From the NCBI GenBank assembly GCA_963771075.1, contig CAVYSE010000022.1, forward strand, positions 1 to 33,652: a DNA stretch of 33,652 bases, read 5' to 3'. The notes under the pieces are model-generated. The model did no database searches and was not told where the DNA came from. It saw only the letters and a list, made by a program, of their open reading frames with translations. The stretch comes from a candidate division FCPU426 bacterium (lineage in GTDB: Bacteria; Oederibacteriota; Muellerivitia; Muellerivitales; Muellerivitaceae). Shown here piece by piece: positions 11,374-20,222 of this stretch. How positions within the stretch are numbered: the stretch's first letter is position 1; each line of letters begins with the position of its first letter. A program made the position numbers and the translations under genes.

Positions 11374-12357
11374 ATGAAAATGAATAATAAAACCGAACGA
11401 TCAAAGAAATCACAAAAATCGAGGGATTTTCGGGTGGCCTGTTTGGGCAATGTGCTTGTGGACATGCTGGTGAAACCCGTAAACCGGCTCCCGCCTCCCG
11501 GTGGGCTTTTACCGGTCGACTCCGTGGAAATGGCCATGGGGGGCTGCGCTTCCAACACCGCCATCGCCTTGAGCCGGCTGGGAGTCCCCGCCGCTTTATG
11601 GGGCAAGCTGGGAAGGGATACCTTCGGCGCTTACTCCCTCGAAATGCTCCGGAAAGACGGGGTGGATACCCGTTCAGTGATCCAAGACCCCAATGTCTCC
11701 ACCTCGGCCACCCTGGTACTGGTGGATTCCATGGGTCAAAGGTCATTCCTCCATTCCATGGCGGCCAATGACCATATCCGGTTCCAGGACGTACCCCTCC
11801 GGCTTCTTTCATCCTTTCAACACCTCCATATAGGAGGCTATTTCCTCTTTCCCGCCTTGGATGGCAAGCCGATGGCTCGGATTCTTCAAAGGGCCCGGCA
11901 AGAGGGAGTTACCACCTCCCTGGATACGGCCTGGGACTTGGAGGGGCGTTGGATGAAAGCGCTCAAACCCTGCCTGCCCTATTTGAATTACTTCATGCCC
12001 AGCGAGAGGGAAGTAAGGATGCTGTTGCCCCGGTTCACCACGGGGCAATACCGGCAAGCCGCGGCGGAGTTCCTCAAGATGGGGTGCCGGACGGTCATTA
12101 TTAAACGCGGTGAAAAGGGTTCTTATCTATTGAATTGGGATAGGGTGGAATTAAATATACCGGCTTTTCGGACAAAAGTGGTGGACACGACAGGCGCGGG
12201 GGATTGTTTTTGCGCCGGCTTCATCAAGGGCCTTTCGTTGGGCTGGGAATTAAGGGATTGCCTCAGGCTCGGCAACGCGGCGGGCGCCTGCGCGGTGAAG
12301 GCGCTAGGGGCAACCGCTGGGATAAAAGATTTTAGACAGTTACTCGACTTTGGATAA
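11374..12357 (+). CDS. PfkB-family carbohydrate kinase
   Basis: GGCASNTA..LSRLG and VDTTGAGDCFCAG signatures. Confidence 0.92.
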   Translation: MKMNNKTERSKKSQKSRDFRVACLGNVLVDMLVKPVNRLPPPGGLLPVDSVEMAMGGCASNTAIALSRLGVPAALWGKLGRDTFGAYSLEMLRKDGVDTRSVIQDPNVSTSATLVLVDSMGQRSFLHSMAANDHIRFQDVPLRLLSSFQHLHIGGYFLFPALDGKPMARILQRARQEGVTTSLDTAWDLEGRWMKALKPCLPYLNYFMPSEREVRMLLPRFTTGQYRQAAAEFLKMGCRTVIIKRGEKGSYLLNWDRVELNIPAFRTKVVDTTGAGDCFCAGFIKGLSLGWELRDCLRLGNAAGACAVKALGATAGIKDFRQLLDFG

Positions 12358-12514
12358 TTCTGAAAAGCTAGTCGTGGACTATCTCCCCCCTTTGAAAAAG
12401 GGGGGCAGGGGGGTATTAGCCCTTGCTAACACGGACTAAAAGGCTAACTCCCCCCTGTTCCCCCTCTTTCAGAGGGGGATACAGGCTGTAATCCGCAGAT
12501 TCGCCAAAGTCGAG
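12343..12514. mobile_element. 172-bp MITE with 11-bp terminal inverted repeats and a 7-bp target-site duplication
   Basis: TIR CTCGACTTTGG (12343-12353) / CCAAAGTCGAG (12504-12514); flanking direct repeat ACAGTTA (12336-12342 and 12515-12521); internal CCCCCCTTT..AAAGGGGGG REP-like hairpins. Confidence 0.8.
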
Positions 12515-12546
12515 ACAGTTACAAGTTATTTTAAAGTTGCCACGTT

Positions 12547-12647
12547 GAAATCCACGGCCAAGGCTGGGGTTGAAAGGCAACCGTGCCGAAGGCACGGCAA
12601 GCGAAGCTTGGGCTACCTGGAACCCCAGGCTTGCCCGAGGGGGTTTC
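12547..12647. repeat. Branched palindromic (REP-like) element
   Basis: Outer stem 12555-12571/12621-12637 encloses the hairpins CCGTGCC-GAA-GGCACGG and CAAGC-GAA-GCTTG. Confidence 0.55.
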
Positions 12648-12800
12648 CACCAAAGACGCTATTGGATTTCGGCGGGGTCACTCATTTGTCGGTTGGGTTG
12701 TTTAACGCGGTACTTGAGATTGGATCTATGATTTTACCCATATCTTCCATCCGCTTGAGTTTTATAATACGCCCCGGTTCAAAGACATTTGGGAGGCCCC

Positions 12801-14465
12801 ATGAAAAGCAATGTTTCGATCCTTCAGGAAAACCGTCTCAACTTTAAGCCCACTTTGCCCAAGGTCTTGAACCAGAAACCTTCCAAGATCGGATACAAGT
12901 CGGGCAAGCCTTCTCAGTCCATCAGCGACCAGGAGGCCATTTGGAAACTTTTTCCCATGACCTACGGCCAGCCCGAGGTGTTTTTCGGGCCCGGCAAGGC
13001 CCCGGCATCTTTGTTGAAGCCCATCAAGGTGGCGGTGGTCCTTTCGGGCGGCCAGGCTCCTGGGGGCCACAATGTGGTGGCGGGTTTGTTCGACGGTTTG
13101 AAGAAACTGAACAAGAAAAACACCCTCAACGGTTACCTGGGCGGGCCCTCCGGCCTGATGGATAACGAGAAGATCGAGATCACGGAAGAATTGCTCAAGG
13201 GATACCGCAACACCGGCGGGTTCGACATCATCGGTTCGGGCCGCACTAAGTTGGAAACCCCCGAGCAATTCGGGAAGGTCGAGGCCAACCTGAAAAAGGC
13301 CGGCATAACCGCCCTGGTGGTGGTCGGTGGGGACGATTCGAACACCAACGCGGCGGTCTTGGCCGAGTATTTCAAGGCCCAAGAATCCAACATTCGGGTC
13401 ATCGGCTGCCCCAAGACCATCGACGGGGACTTGAAGAACGAACAAATCGAGGTCAGCTTCGGCTTCGACACCTCCACGAAAATCTATGCCGAATTGGCGG
13501 GTAACGTCGGCCGGGACACCCTCTCCGCCAAGAAATATTGGCATTTCATCAAGGTCATGGGCAGGTCGGCCAGCCATATCGCCCTGGAAGTCGCCCTGAA
13601 GATCCACCCGAATATCTGCCTGATCTCCGAGGAGGTCGCGGCTAACAAGTCGACCCTGGACGAGATCACGACCGAAGTGGCCAAGGTGGTCGCCGCCCGC
13701 GCGGAGAAGAAGCGCAATTACGGGGTGGCCATCGTTCCCGAGGGATTGCTGGAATTCATCCCGGAGATGAAGAAGCTTATCGGGGAATTGAATGACCTTT
13801 TGGCCCAAAACGCCGAATTTGAAAAGCTGGAACTGCCGGAAGACAAGGTTTCCTACGTCAAGCACAAGCTTTCGGCCGAATCCAAGGGCGCGTTTCATTC
13901 CCTGCCCCACTCCATCCAAGTCCAGCTCCTGGCCGACCGGGACCCCCATGGCAACGTCCAGGTCTCGAAGATCGACACCGAAAAACTTTTGTTGGAAACG
14001 GTGGCCTTGAGGCTGAAAGAATGGAAGAAAGAAGGGAAGTACAACGGCAAATTCTCGGGCCAGGGCCATTTCTTCGGATACGAGGGCCGTTGCGGCGCCC
14101 CCTCCAATTTCGACGCCAATTACTGCTACGCCCTGGGCTACACCGCCTCCCTATTGGTGGCGGGCGGGTTCACCGGCTATCTTTCCAGCGTGCGCGATCT
14201 CTTGAAGCCTGCTTCCCAGTGGAAAGCAGGTGGAGTGCCCTTGACCATGATGATGAATTTGGAGCGGCGCCATGGGAAGGAAAAGGCGGTCATCCAAAAG
14301 GCTTTGGTTGATCTCAAGGGAAAGCCCTATAAGGCTTTTGAGGCCCTGAGGAAGAAATGGGCGATGGAAGATGATTTCGCCAGCCCGGGCCCGATCCAAT
14401 ATTGGGGTCCCGCCGAAGTGGCGGACGTGGTACCCGAAACCCTGCGGTTGGAGCGGGGGAAGTAA
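12801..14465 (+). CDS. pfp: Pyrophosphate-dependent 6-phosphofructokinase (long clade)
   Basis: SGGQAPGGHNV, GGDDSNTNA (Asp typical of PPi-dependent enzymes), PKTIDGD, MGRSASH, GYEGR; GGGAGG RBS before ATG 12801. Confidence 0.95.
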   Translation: MKSNVSILQENRLNFKPTLPKVLNQKPSKIGYKSGKPSQSISDQEAIWKLFPMTYGQPEVFFGPGKAPASLLKPIKVAVVLSGGQAPGGHNVVAGLFDGLKKLNKKNTLNGYLGGPSGLMDNEKIEITEELLKGYRNTGGFDIIGSGRTKLETPEQFGKVEANLKKAGITALVVVGGDDSNTNAAVLAEYFKAQESNIRVIGCPKTIDGDLKNEQIEVSFGFDTSTKIYAELAGNVGRDTLSAKKYWHFIKVMGRSASHIALEVALKIHPNICLISEEVAANKSTLDEITTEVAKVVAARAEKKRNYGVAIVPEGLLEFIPEMKKLIGELNDLLAQNAEFEKLELPEDKVSYVKHKLSAESKGAFHSLPHSIQVQLLADRDPHGNVQVSKIDTEKLLLETVALRLKEWKKEGKYNGKFSGQGHFFGYEGRCGAPSNFDANYCYALGYTASLLVAGGFTGYLSSVRDLLKPASQWKAGGVPLTMMMNLERRHGKEKAVIQKALVDLKGKPYKAFEALRKKWAMEDDFASPGPIQYWGPAEVADVVPETLRLERGK

Positions 14466-14495
14466 ACCAAAGCATTTTTGGTCAAGATTTGCGAG

Positions 14496-14526
14496 AGGGC
14501 GGAAGAAATTCCGCCCTTTTTTATTT
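14496..14526 (+). terminator. Intrinsic terminator after pfp (identical to 20108-20137)
   Basis: GGGCGGAA-GAAA-TTCCGCCC-TTTTTT. Confidence 0.85.
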
Positions 14527-14571
14527 TGGGGTTAAAATCTTCGAGAAATTGAAGGTTGAATGTAAATGACC

Positions 14572-14594
14572 GGTTCGAGTCCAATCCTGGGAAT
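14572..14594 (+). repeat. Site A1: tRNA T-arm/acceptor-like putative attachment site
   Basis: GGTTCGAGTCCAATCCTGGGA, homologous to 20181-20201 and 14713-14727. Confidence 0.6.
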
Positions 14595-14712
14595 CTTTTA
14601 AGGACTCGAACTAATGGGAAAGGCTCATGGAAAACGGGATGTTTTCCATGAGCGGGTTTAAAAGGGGTACACAGGGGGTATTTCCCCTGTGGGAGCGAAG
14701 CGACGGGTTGAT

Positions 14713-14727
14713 GTCCAACCCGGGGAG
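14713..14727 (+). repeat. Site A2 (right half of site A); also supplies the RBS of the next ORF
   Basis: GTCCAACCCGGGGAG, matching 20188-20201. Confidence 0.55.
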
Positions 14728-14736
14728 GAATCAGAA

Positions 14737-15303
14737 TTGAATAAACAAGTCTTAATATTTATTTTATTTTTTCCGCTTTTTTGTTTTTGTTACGGAGGTG
14801 AAATTGAGCCACCCTCAAATTTTTATACGGATGAAATAACCCGAGTAATATTTCCTGGCGCGTTTAATTTACGTGACGATGGAGCTATAAAGGGCACCAC
14901 CAAAAAAAGGGACGACAAGCGTAGCTTTCTTGAATATCAAGTAAATGTTGATTTTCCAGCAGAACAACTTATTTCGTTTTATCAGAAAAAATATAAAGCT
15001 CTCGGATATGAATTTAAAGGCGGGTCAAAATGGAATCTTACGGACAATAATTCGATGACTAATGTTTCTCCAAGACCATGTGTATTTGAAATTCATGAAG
15101 TCTGGGGGAATAAAACCAAAAAAAGGGAAGCCGTTGTAATTATCAGATACTTATCTGCTTTTCCATCTTCCGGAAATCAAGTCGATTGTTCTGACAAACC
15201 CGATAATTCCATAGCCTGCGTTTGGATTGGATCTTTCATCCAAGGGGATTTAAAGAAGATGGCAGAAGCTCAGGAAAGAAATGTTGGTGGCCAATCCCGT
15301 TGA
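14737..15303 (+). CDS. AT-rich hypothetical exported protein (cassette 1)
   Basis: TTG start 8 nt after GGAGG; hydrophobic N-terminus LIFILFFPLFCFC; composition differs from the flanking core genes. Confidence 0.65.
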   Translation: MNKQVLIFILFFPLFCFCYGGEIEPPSNFYTDEITRVIFPGAFNLRDDGAIKGTTKKRDDKRSFLEYQVNVDFPAEQLISFYQKKYKALGYEFKGGSKWNLTDNNSMTNVSPRPCVFEIHEVWGNKTKKREAVVIIRYLSAFPSSGNQVDCSDKPDNSIACVWIGSFIQGDLKKMAEAQERNVGGQSR

Positions 15304-15335
15304 GAGTCATGTTGCCGTTTTACAAGGAATTTAAT

Positions 15336-15362
15336 GGTTCGCAAATCGTTTAATCTGGGGAG
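15336..15362 (+). repeat. Site B1: inter-cassette repeat
   Basis: GGTTCGCAAATCGTTTAATCTGGGGAG. Confidence 0.8.
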
Positions 15363-15378
15363 CTAAAAATAAAATTTT

Positions 15379-16050
15379 ATGACTTATAACCTAAGCAATT
15401 TTACATTTGAGGAATGGTTGAAATTTGTTTTTGACCATCCCGTTATTGATAAAACTGGGTTAACGCATAAACAACAGCATTGGTATCTCCAAGGTGAATG
15501 GTATTCAACACCTTGGGATGGTTCTCAACAGATCGAATTTTGTATCCAGCTATTTGAACGTCCTTCAGTCGTTAAAGCCGAATATTCATGGGAGCAAATT
15601 GAGGAAGGTTTGCGGTTTTTAAACAATGAAATTGTTCTTTACTTGCTTCATGACACGAACCTGCCATGGCCCAAGCGGAAAAAACTTATCGAATCAATGA
15701 AAGATCTATTTTCCCAATTATTGAAAGATAATCCGATTAGTACGTGTAGGTTTATGTGGTGGGATGGGCTCTGTTATGACTACTACCTAAAAAAAGGAGT
15801 CGCGGAAAACGAGGATGATTTAAATGTCCAAAACACTATTTTCGATACGTTGAAAGGTATTTTGAATATTGAATCATTAAGATGTCAGGTTGCCGCATTA
15901 CATGGGATTGGCCATCTCATGCACAAGGAAACAACGTCTGTAATTAATGGGTTTTTGGAAAAACATTCTGATTTACCAAAGCATATCCAAGAATACGCAA
16001 AGGCATGTATCAAAGGGAAGATGGACCCTTGGGAACCAATGACTGACTAA
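15379..16050 (+). CDS. AT-rich hypothetical protein (cassette 2), helical/HEAT-like C-terminus
   Basis: 223-aa ORF with W..FVFDHP, FMWWD and AALHGIGHL motifs. Confidence 0.75.
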   Translation: MTYNLSNFTFEEWLKFVFDHPVIDKTGLTHKQQHWYLQGEWYSTPWDGSQQIEFCIQLFERPSVVKAEYSWEQIEEGLRFLNNEIVLYLLHDTNLPWPKRKKLIESMKDLFSQLLKDNPISTCRFMWWDGLCYDYYLKKGVAENEDDLNVQNTIFDTLKGILNIESLRCQVAALHGIGHLMHKETTSVINGFLEKHSDLPKHIQEYAKACIKGKMDPWEPMTD

Positions 16051-16137
16051 AGTGGACCGAAAAACAGGGTTTAAATATGTTTTTTTAAAAAACTTCTCTT
16101 TTAGAATTACTTAAGAGCGAATTATCTCGAATCTCAG

Positions 16138-16164
16138 GGTTCGCGAATCGTTTAATCCGGGGAG
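16138..16164 (+). repeat. Site B2: inter-cassette repeat
   Basis: GGTTCGCGAATCGTTTAATCCGGGGAG. Confidence 0.8.
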
Positions 16165-16224
16165 ACGTTTGGAAGTTTTGACCCATAACCCCGGTTGGAT
16201 TCTAAAGCGCAGAGGTGTGGAAAT

Positions 16225-16259
16225 AAAAAACCCCTTCCAGCTGGGGAAGGGGTTTTTTT
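16225..16259. terminator. Bidirectional intrinsic terminator
   Basis: AAAAAACCCCTTCC...GGAAGGGGTTTTTTT. Confidence 0.8.
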
Positions 16260-16271
16260 ATGACCCTATTC

Positions 16272-16730
16272 TCAATCCATGGCGCCAGCCATCATCCGTT
16301 TTTCCATTTCCTCGGGCGAAACATCCTCGATGTGGGTGGAAACCATCCACTTGTGTCCGAAGGGGTCTTCCAACGCGCCCGAACGGTCGCCGTAGAACTG
16401 GTCCTTCAGGGGGCGCAGTTCCTTAGCGCCCGCCTGGAGGGCCTGGCGGAAAATCTTATCCGCGTCCTCGACGTAAAGCATCAGGCTGGAGGGGGAACCG
16501 CCCAGGCTGTGGGGGCCCTTCATATCCCCGGTCTCGTCGGCCATCATGATGGTTGAGTCGCCGATCATGATTTCAGCGTGCATGATTTTTCCCCCGGGCC
16601 CGGGCATGCGGAATTTCTCACGCGCCCCGAAAGCCTTCTTGTAGAACTCAATGGCTTCGGCGGCGTCGTGAACCATTAGGTGCGGCGTGGCAGTATGGTA
16701 CCCATCCGGTATTGGTTTTGCGTTTGGCAT
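16272..16730 (-). CDS. VOC/glyoxalase family protein (PhnB-like)
   Basis: PIPDGYHTATPHL, AIEFYKKAFGA, DQFYGDRSG.LEDPFGH.W; GGAGG RBS. Confidence 0.9.
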   Translation of the reverse strand: MPNAKPIPDGYHTATPHLMVHDAAEAIEFYKKAFGAREKFRMPGPGGKIMHAEIMIGDSTIMMADETGDMKGPHSLGGSPSSLMLYVEDADKIFRQALQAGAKELRPLKDQFYGDRSGALEDPFGHKWMVSTHIEDVSPEEMEKRMMAGAMD

Positions 16731-17139
16731 GACAACCTCCCCTGTTTAATCCGACCCAAGCATCCTGAACCTTCCCGGGGTGGGAATACAAATAACGGAC
16801 CGTGAATTTCCAGGAAATTTACCTTGGCCTTTTCTGTGGAAATCCGCAAGGAGAATGATCCCCTATTCGAAAAGGGATAATGAGAATCTTGAATCCATTC
16901 AGGGAAAACGGTTTGATTCGCGTTTGGCTAACACTCCGAAGTTCCGTTACGGTTGGGTAGGGGCCACCCGATGCCAAGAAACATGACGAAACTCCCCTTT
17001 GCATGAAGTAAAGACCTAGACACAATTATGAAAACCCTTTCAGCCTAACGAATCCGGTTTGAAGGCCGAAGTGAATGGGTCATAATTGTTTCCGCATTAA
17101 GCGGTGTTGATTAAGCCAATCAATCAAAGGTGGTTATCT

Positions 17140-19041
17140 ATGGTTAGCCGTCTCAAGAACATTGCCTCGAAGCCTTTCTACATCCTCACTTGCCTGGCGC
17201 TGTTGATGTCATTCTCTTGGGTGAGCCGGTCGGTGGCAGGGGACGACATTCCCGCTCCGCCCGACTCGGTGGTCCTGGTGCACCCCACGCCCCTGGTCGC
17301 CCCGAGGACCCATGCTATTCCGGCGGGCGGCGAGTCCCTCTTTCCAAAGCCGGGCATCGACATGCTTCCGGTGGGCGACCTGGGTAAAGGATATGGAACT
17401 TCCGAGAAGGTTCAGGTGGAAGGCCAGCCATTTAAGGAAGCCCTCCTTTTAACCACCTTGAAAGAGACCTCCCAGAAATGGGACGTGAACGCGGATTGCC
17501 CGATCCCCCAAGCGACATTCCAGGGCGATGTGATCCTGGCCGAGTTCTGGCTGAAGGCCACCCAGAGCCGGGTGGAAAGTGGCGAGGCCAAGACCGAGTT
17601 CGTATTTGAGCGTCTCGGCGATCCCTGGACCAAGGCGGTGGAATACGCCATCCCGGTCGGACCGCAATGGAAGAAATACTCGATTCCCTTTGAGTGCGTG
17701 GAAGACCTGCCCGCCGGGAAGGCCCATATCTGCTTCCGGATGGGATACGGGCCGCAGGCTTACGAGCTGGCGGGCCTTAAATTGACCAATTATGGGACGA
17801 CGAAAAAAATTGACGACCTACCCAAGACCAAGTCCACTTATGAGGGAATGGAACCGACCGCCCCTTGGCGCAAAGAAGCCCAGGCGCGTATTGAAAAGTT
17901 CCGTAAGGGGGATTTGAGCGTGGTGGTCAAGGACGCCCAGGGGAACCCGGTTTCCGGCGCCCAGGTTTTGGTGGATATGAAACGCCAGGCCTTCGGCTTT
18001 GGTTCCTGCGTGGTCGCGGGCCGGCTGGCCGGCACGGGCCCCGACAACGATCGCTACCGCAAGGAAGTGGAGCGGCTGTTCAACAAGGTGGTTTTCGAGA
18101 ACGACTTGAAGTGGGGCTTCTGGGAACAGGGCGCCACCAACAGCGGTGGCTGGAGCCGCCAAAGCGTGCTGGATTCCCTCAAATGGCTCTCCGACCGGCA
18201 CATCGCCGTGAGGGGCCACAACATGGTCTGGGGCGGCTGGCAATACATTCCCGCCGACGTCCAACAGGTGAAGGGCGATCCCAAGGCGCTGGAGAAAGCC
18301 ATCGAGCACCGGATCCAAGACGTGGGCACCGCCATGAAGGGCAAGGTGGTGGAGTGGGACGTGGTGAACGAGCCTTACCCCGAGCACCAGTTGACGGACA
18401 TTTTCGGGAAACAACAACTGGTCACCTGGTACAAGAAAGCCCGGCAGGCCGATCCCACGGCCCTGCTTTTCGTGAACGATTACCCCACGCCGGATAACGA
18501 GGGCCACTTGGCCGGGGATGAGGCGGTGATCAAGCTTTTGCAGGATAACAAGGCGCCCCTGGGCGGATATGGGTTGCAGGGGCATATCGGCGGTTCGCCC
18601 TGGTCCATGCCGGACCTTTTGAAGACCCTGGACCGGTTCGGGGCCTATGGCATTCCCGTGGAGATCACCGAGTTCGATACCCAGATCATGGATGACGAAT
18701 TGGACGCCCAGTTCATGAAGGATTTCCTGACGGCGGTCTACAGCCACCCATCCACGAACGGTTTTATCATGTGGGGCTTCTGGGACGGCGCCCAGTGGAA
18801 CCACAAGGCACCCATCTTTAATGAGGATTGGACCGAGAAGCCGTCGGGCAAGGCCCTGGAACAGCTGATGTTCCACGACTGGTGGACTAACGCGAGCGGC
18901 AAGACCGACGCGGAGGGTTCCTACCAAACGAGGGGTTTCACCGGGGATTATGAGGTAACGGTCAAGTCCGGCGGCAAGACGGTAACGGTGCCCGCCCAAC
19001 TGACCAAGGAGGGGCTGACCCTTCCCGTGGTCTTGAAATAA
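17140..19041 (+). CDS. Secreted GH10 endo-1,4-beta-xylanase with N-terminal carbohydrate-binding (CBM4/9-like) domain
   Basis: ENDLKW, RGHNMVW, WDVVNEP (acid/base Glu), GLQGH, ITEFD (nucleophile Glu), WGFWD; signal peptide. Confidence 0.9.
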   Translation: MVSRLKNIASKPFYILTCLALLMSFSWVSRSVAGDDIPAPPDSVVLVHPTPLVAPRTHAIPAGGESLFPKPGIDMLPVGDLGKGYGTSEKVQVEGQPFKEALLLTTLKETSQKWDVNADCPIPQATFQGDVILAEFWLKATQSRVESGEAKTEFVFERLGDPWTKAVEYAIPVGPQWKKYSIPFECVEDLPAGKAHICFRMGYGPQAYELAGLKLTNYGTTKKIDDLPKTKSTYEGMEPTAPWRKEAQARIEKFRKGDLSVVVKDAQGNPVSGAQVLVDMKRQAFGFGSCVVAGRLAGTGPDNDRYRKEVERLFNKVVFENDLKWGFWEQGATNSGGWSRQSVLDSLKWLSDRHIAVRGHNMVWGGWQYIPADVQQVKGDPKALEKAIEHRIQDVGTAMKGKVVEWDVVNEPYPEHQLTDIFGKQQLVTWYKKARQADPTALLFVNDYPTPDNEGHLAGDEAVIKLLQDNKAPLGGYGLQGHIGGSPWSMPDLLKTLDRFGAYGIPVEITEFDTQIMDDELDAQFMKDFLTAVYSHPSTNGFIMWGFWDGAQWNHKAPIFNEDWTEKPSGKALEQLMFHDWWTNASGKTDAEGSYQTRGFTGDYEVTVKSGGKTVTVPAQLTKEGLTLPVVLK

Positions 19042-19081
19042 CTTTTTAGGCCGGTGAAATAGGACGAGTGGTGAGGTTAAG

Positions 19082-19317
19082 AGACTATAACAATAACTAA
19101 TTTCACCACAGGCCGCCTTTGGCGGCCACATGCCGACCTTCCATAAACCCATTAAGGAGGTCGGTATAGTCTAGCTATCTTTGGCCCTGAGGGCCAAAGA
19201 GACAGAGGCACAGAGAAAAACCTTTCTAAATTTAAGGAATCTTAAACCAATTGTCCGGGGTTACTCTGTGTCTCCGTGTCTCTGTGGTAAAAATTGGGTT
19301 TTGTTAGAGATTCTAAG
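19082..19317. mobile_element. MITE-like palindromic repeat, copy 2
   Basis: Near-identical to 2861-3161 without its second internal module; imperfect terminal inverted repeats. Confidence 0.75.
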
Positions 19318-19337
19318 TCTTTACTAAAGGACGGATT

Positions 19338-20081
19338 ATGAGCATTGAATCAACCAAAGGTAAATGGGCCCTCGTCACCGGCGCGAGCCGGGGGGTGGGC
19401 AAACAGGTCGCGATGGCTTTGGCGAAGCTGGGCTGCCATGTGGCGCTTCACAGCCGGGAAGCCAGCCATACCGACGCGATTGCCAAGGAAGCCAAGGCGC
19501 TGGGGGTCCAGGTCATCCAGGTTTCGGGCGAATTGTCCGACCAGGCCCAAGTGGACGCCCTGCTGGAGTCGGCCCTGAAAGGGGCGGGCCGGATCGACAT
19601 GGTGTTCAATAACGCGGCGGTCATGACGCCCTGGCGGCAGAACCCCTGGGAGACCACGGCGGATGATTTCCGAAAGAGTTTCGAGGTCAACGTCATCAGC
19701 CTCGCGAGGATCTGCGGCAAATTGGCGCCGCCCATGCTGGAACGCAAATGGGGAAGGATCGTCAATGTCACTTCCGGCATCATGCATACGCCTGAGCTGA
19801 CCGCTTACGCCGTATCCAAGGCGGCGGTGGACAAGTTCGTGCGTGACTTCGTCCCCACCTTGAAGGGAACGGGGGTCATGATGAACCTGTTGGATCCGGG
19901 CTGGCTTCGCACGGACCTCGGCGGGCCCAACGCCCCCAATACGGTGGAAAGCTGTATCCCGGGGGCCATTGTCCCGGCCCTGTTGGACGACGGGATCAGC
20001 GGCCGTTTTTTCCGCGCCCAGGACTACGCAGGGTTAAGCCTGGCGGATGCGCTTAAAAAGGCGGCCGAAGTAAAGAACTAA
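19338..20081 (+). CDS. Short-chain dehydrogenase/reductase
   Basis: TGASRGVG, NNAA, YAVSK, PGW.RTD. Confidence 0.92.
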   Translation: MSIESTKGKWALVTGASRGVGKQVAMALAKLGCHVALHSREASHTDAIAKEAKALGVQVIQVSGELSDQAQVDALLESALKGAGRIDMVFNNAAVMTPWRQNPWETTADDFRKSFEVNVISLARICGKLAPPMLERKWGRIVNVTSGIMHTPELTAYAVSKAAVDKFVRDFVPTLKGTGVMMNLLDPGWLRTDLGGPNAPNTVESCIPGAIVPALLDDGISGRFFRAQDYAGLSLADALKKAAEVKN

Positions 20082-20107
20082 CAAGGGATTATTAAAAGAA
20101 TTTTGAG

Positions 20108-20137
20108 GGGCGGAAGAAATTCCGCCCTTTTTTATTT
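20108..20137 (+). terminator. Intrinsic terminator after SDR (identical to 14497-14526)
   Basis: GGGCGGAA-GAAA-TTCCGCCC-TTTTTT. Confidence 0.85.
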
Positions 20138-20180
20138 GGGGGAACCAGTTTTAAAGGGTTTAAAATAAACGCAATCATTC

Positions 20181-20202
20181 GGTTCGAGTCCAACCCGGGG
20201 AT
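20181..20202 (+). repeat. Site A3: tRNA T-arm/acceptor-like putative attachment site
   Basis: GGTTCGAGTCCAACCCGGGGA. Confidence 0.65.
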
Positions 20203-20222
20203 GCATTCAAATAGGAGTTACT

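Noticed and set aside
14520..14600. tRNA gene at site A1 (and at 20130-20205)
   Set aside because: Only T-loop and 3' acceptor-like sequence is present; no D arm, anticodon arm or pairing 5' strand upstream
16744..16753. GTTTAATCCG matching part of site B
   Set aside because: Only 10 bp, lacks both GGTTCG and GGGGAG; likely chance
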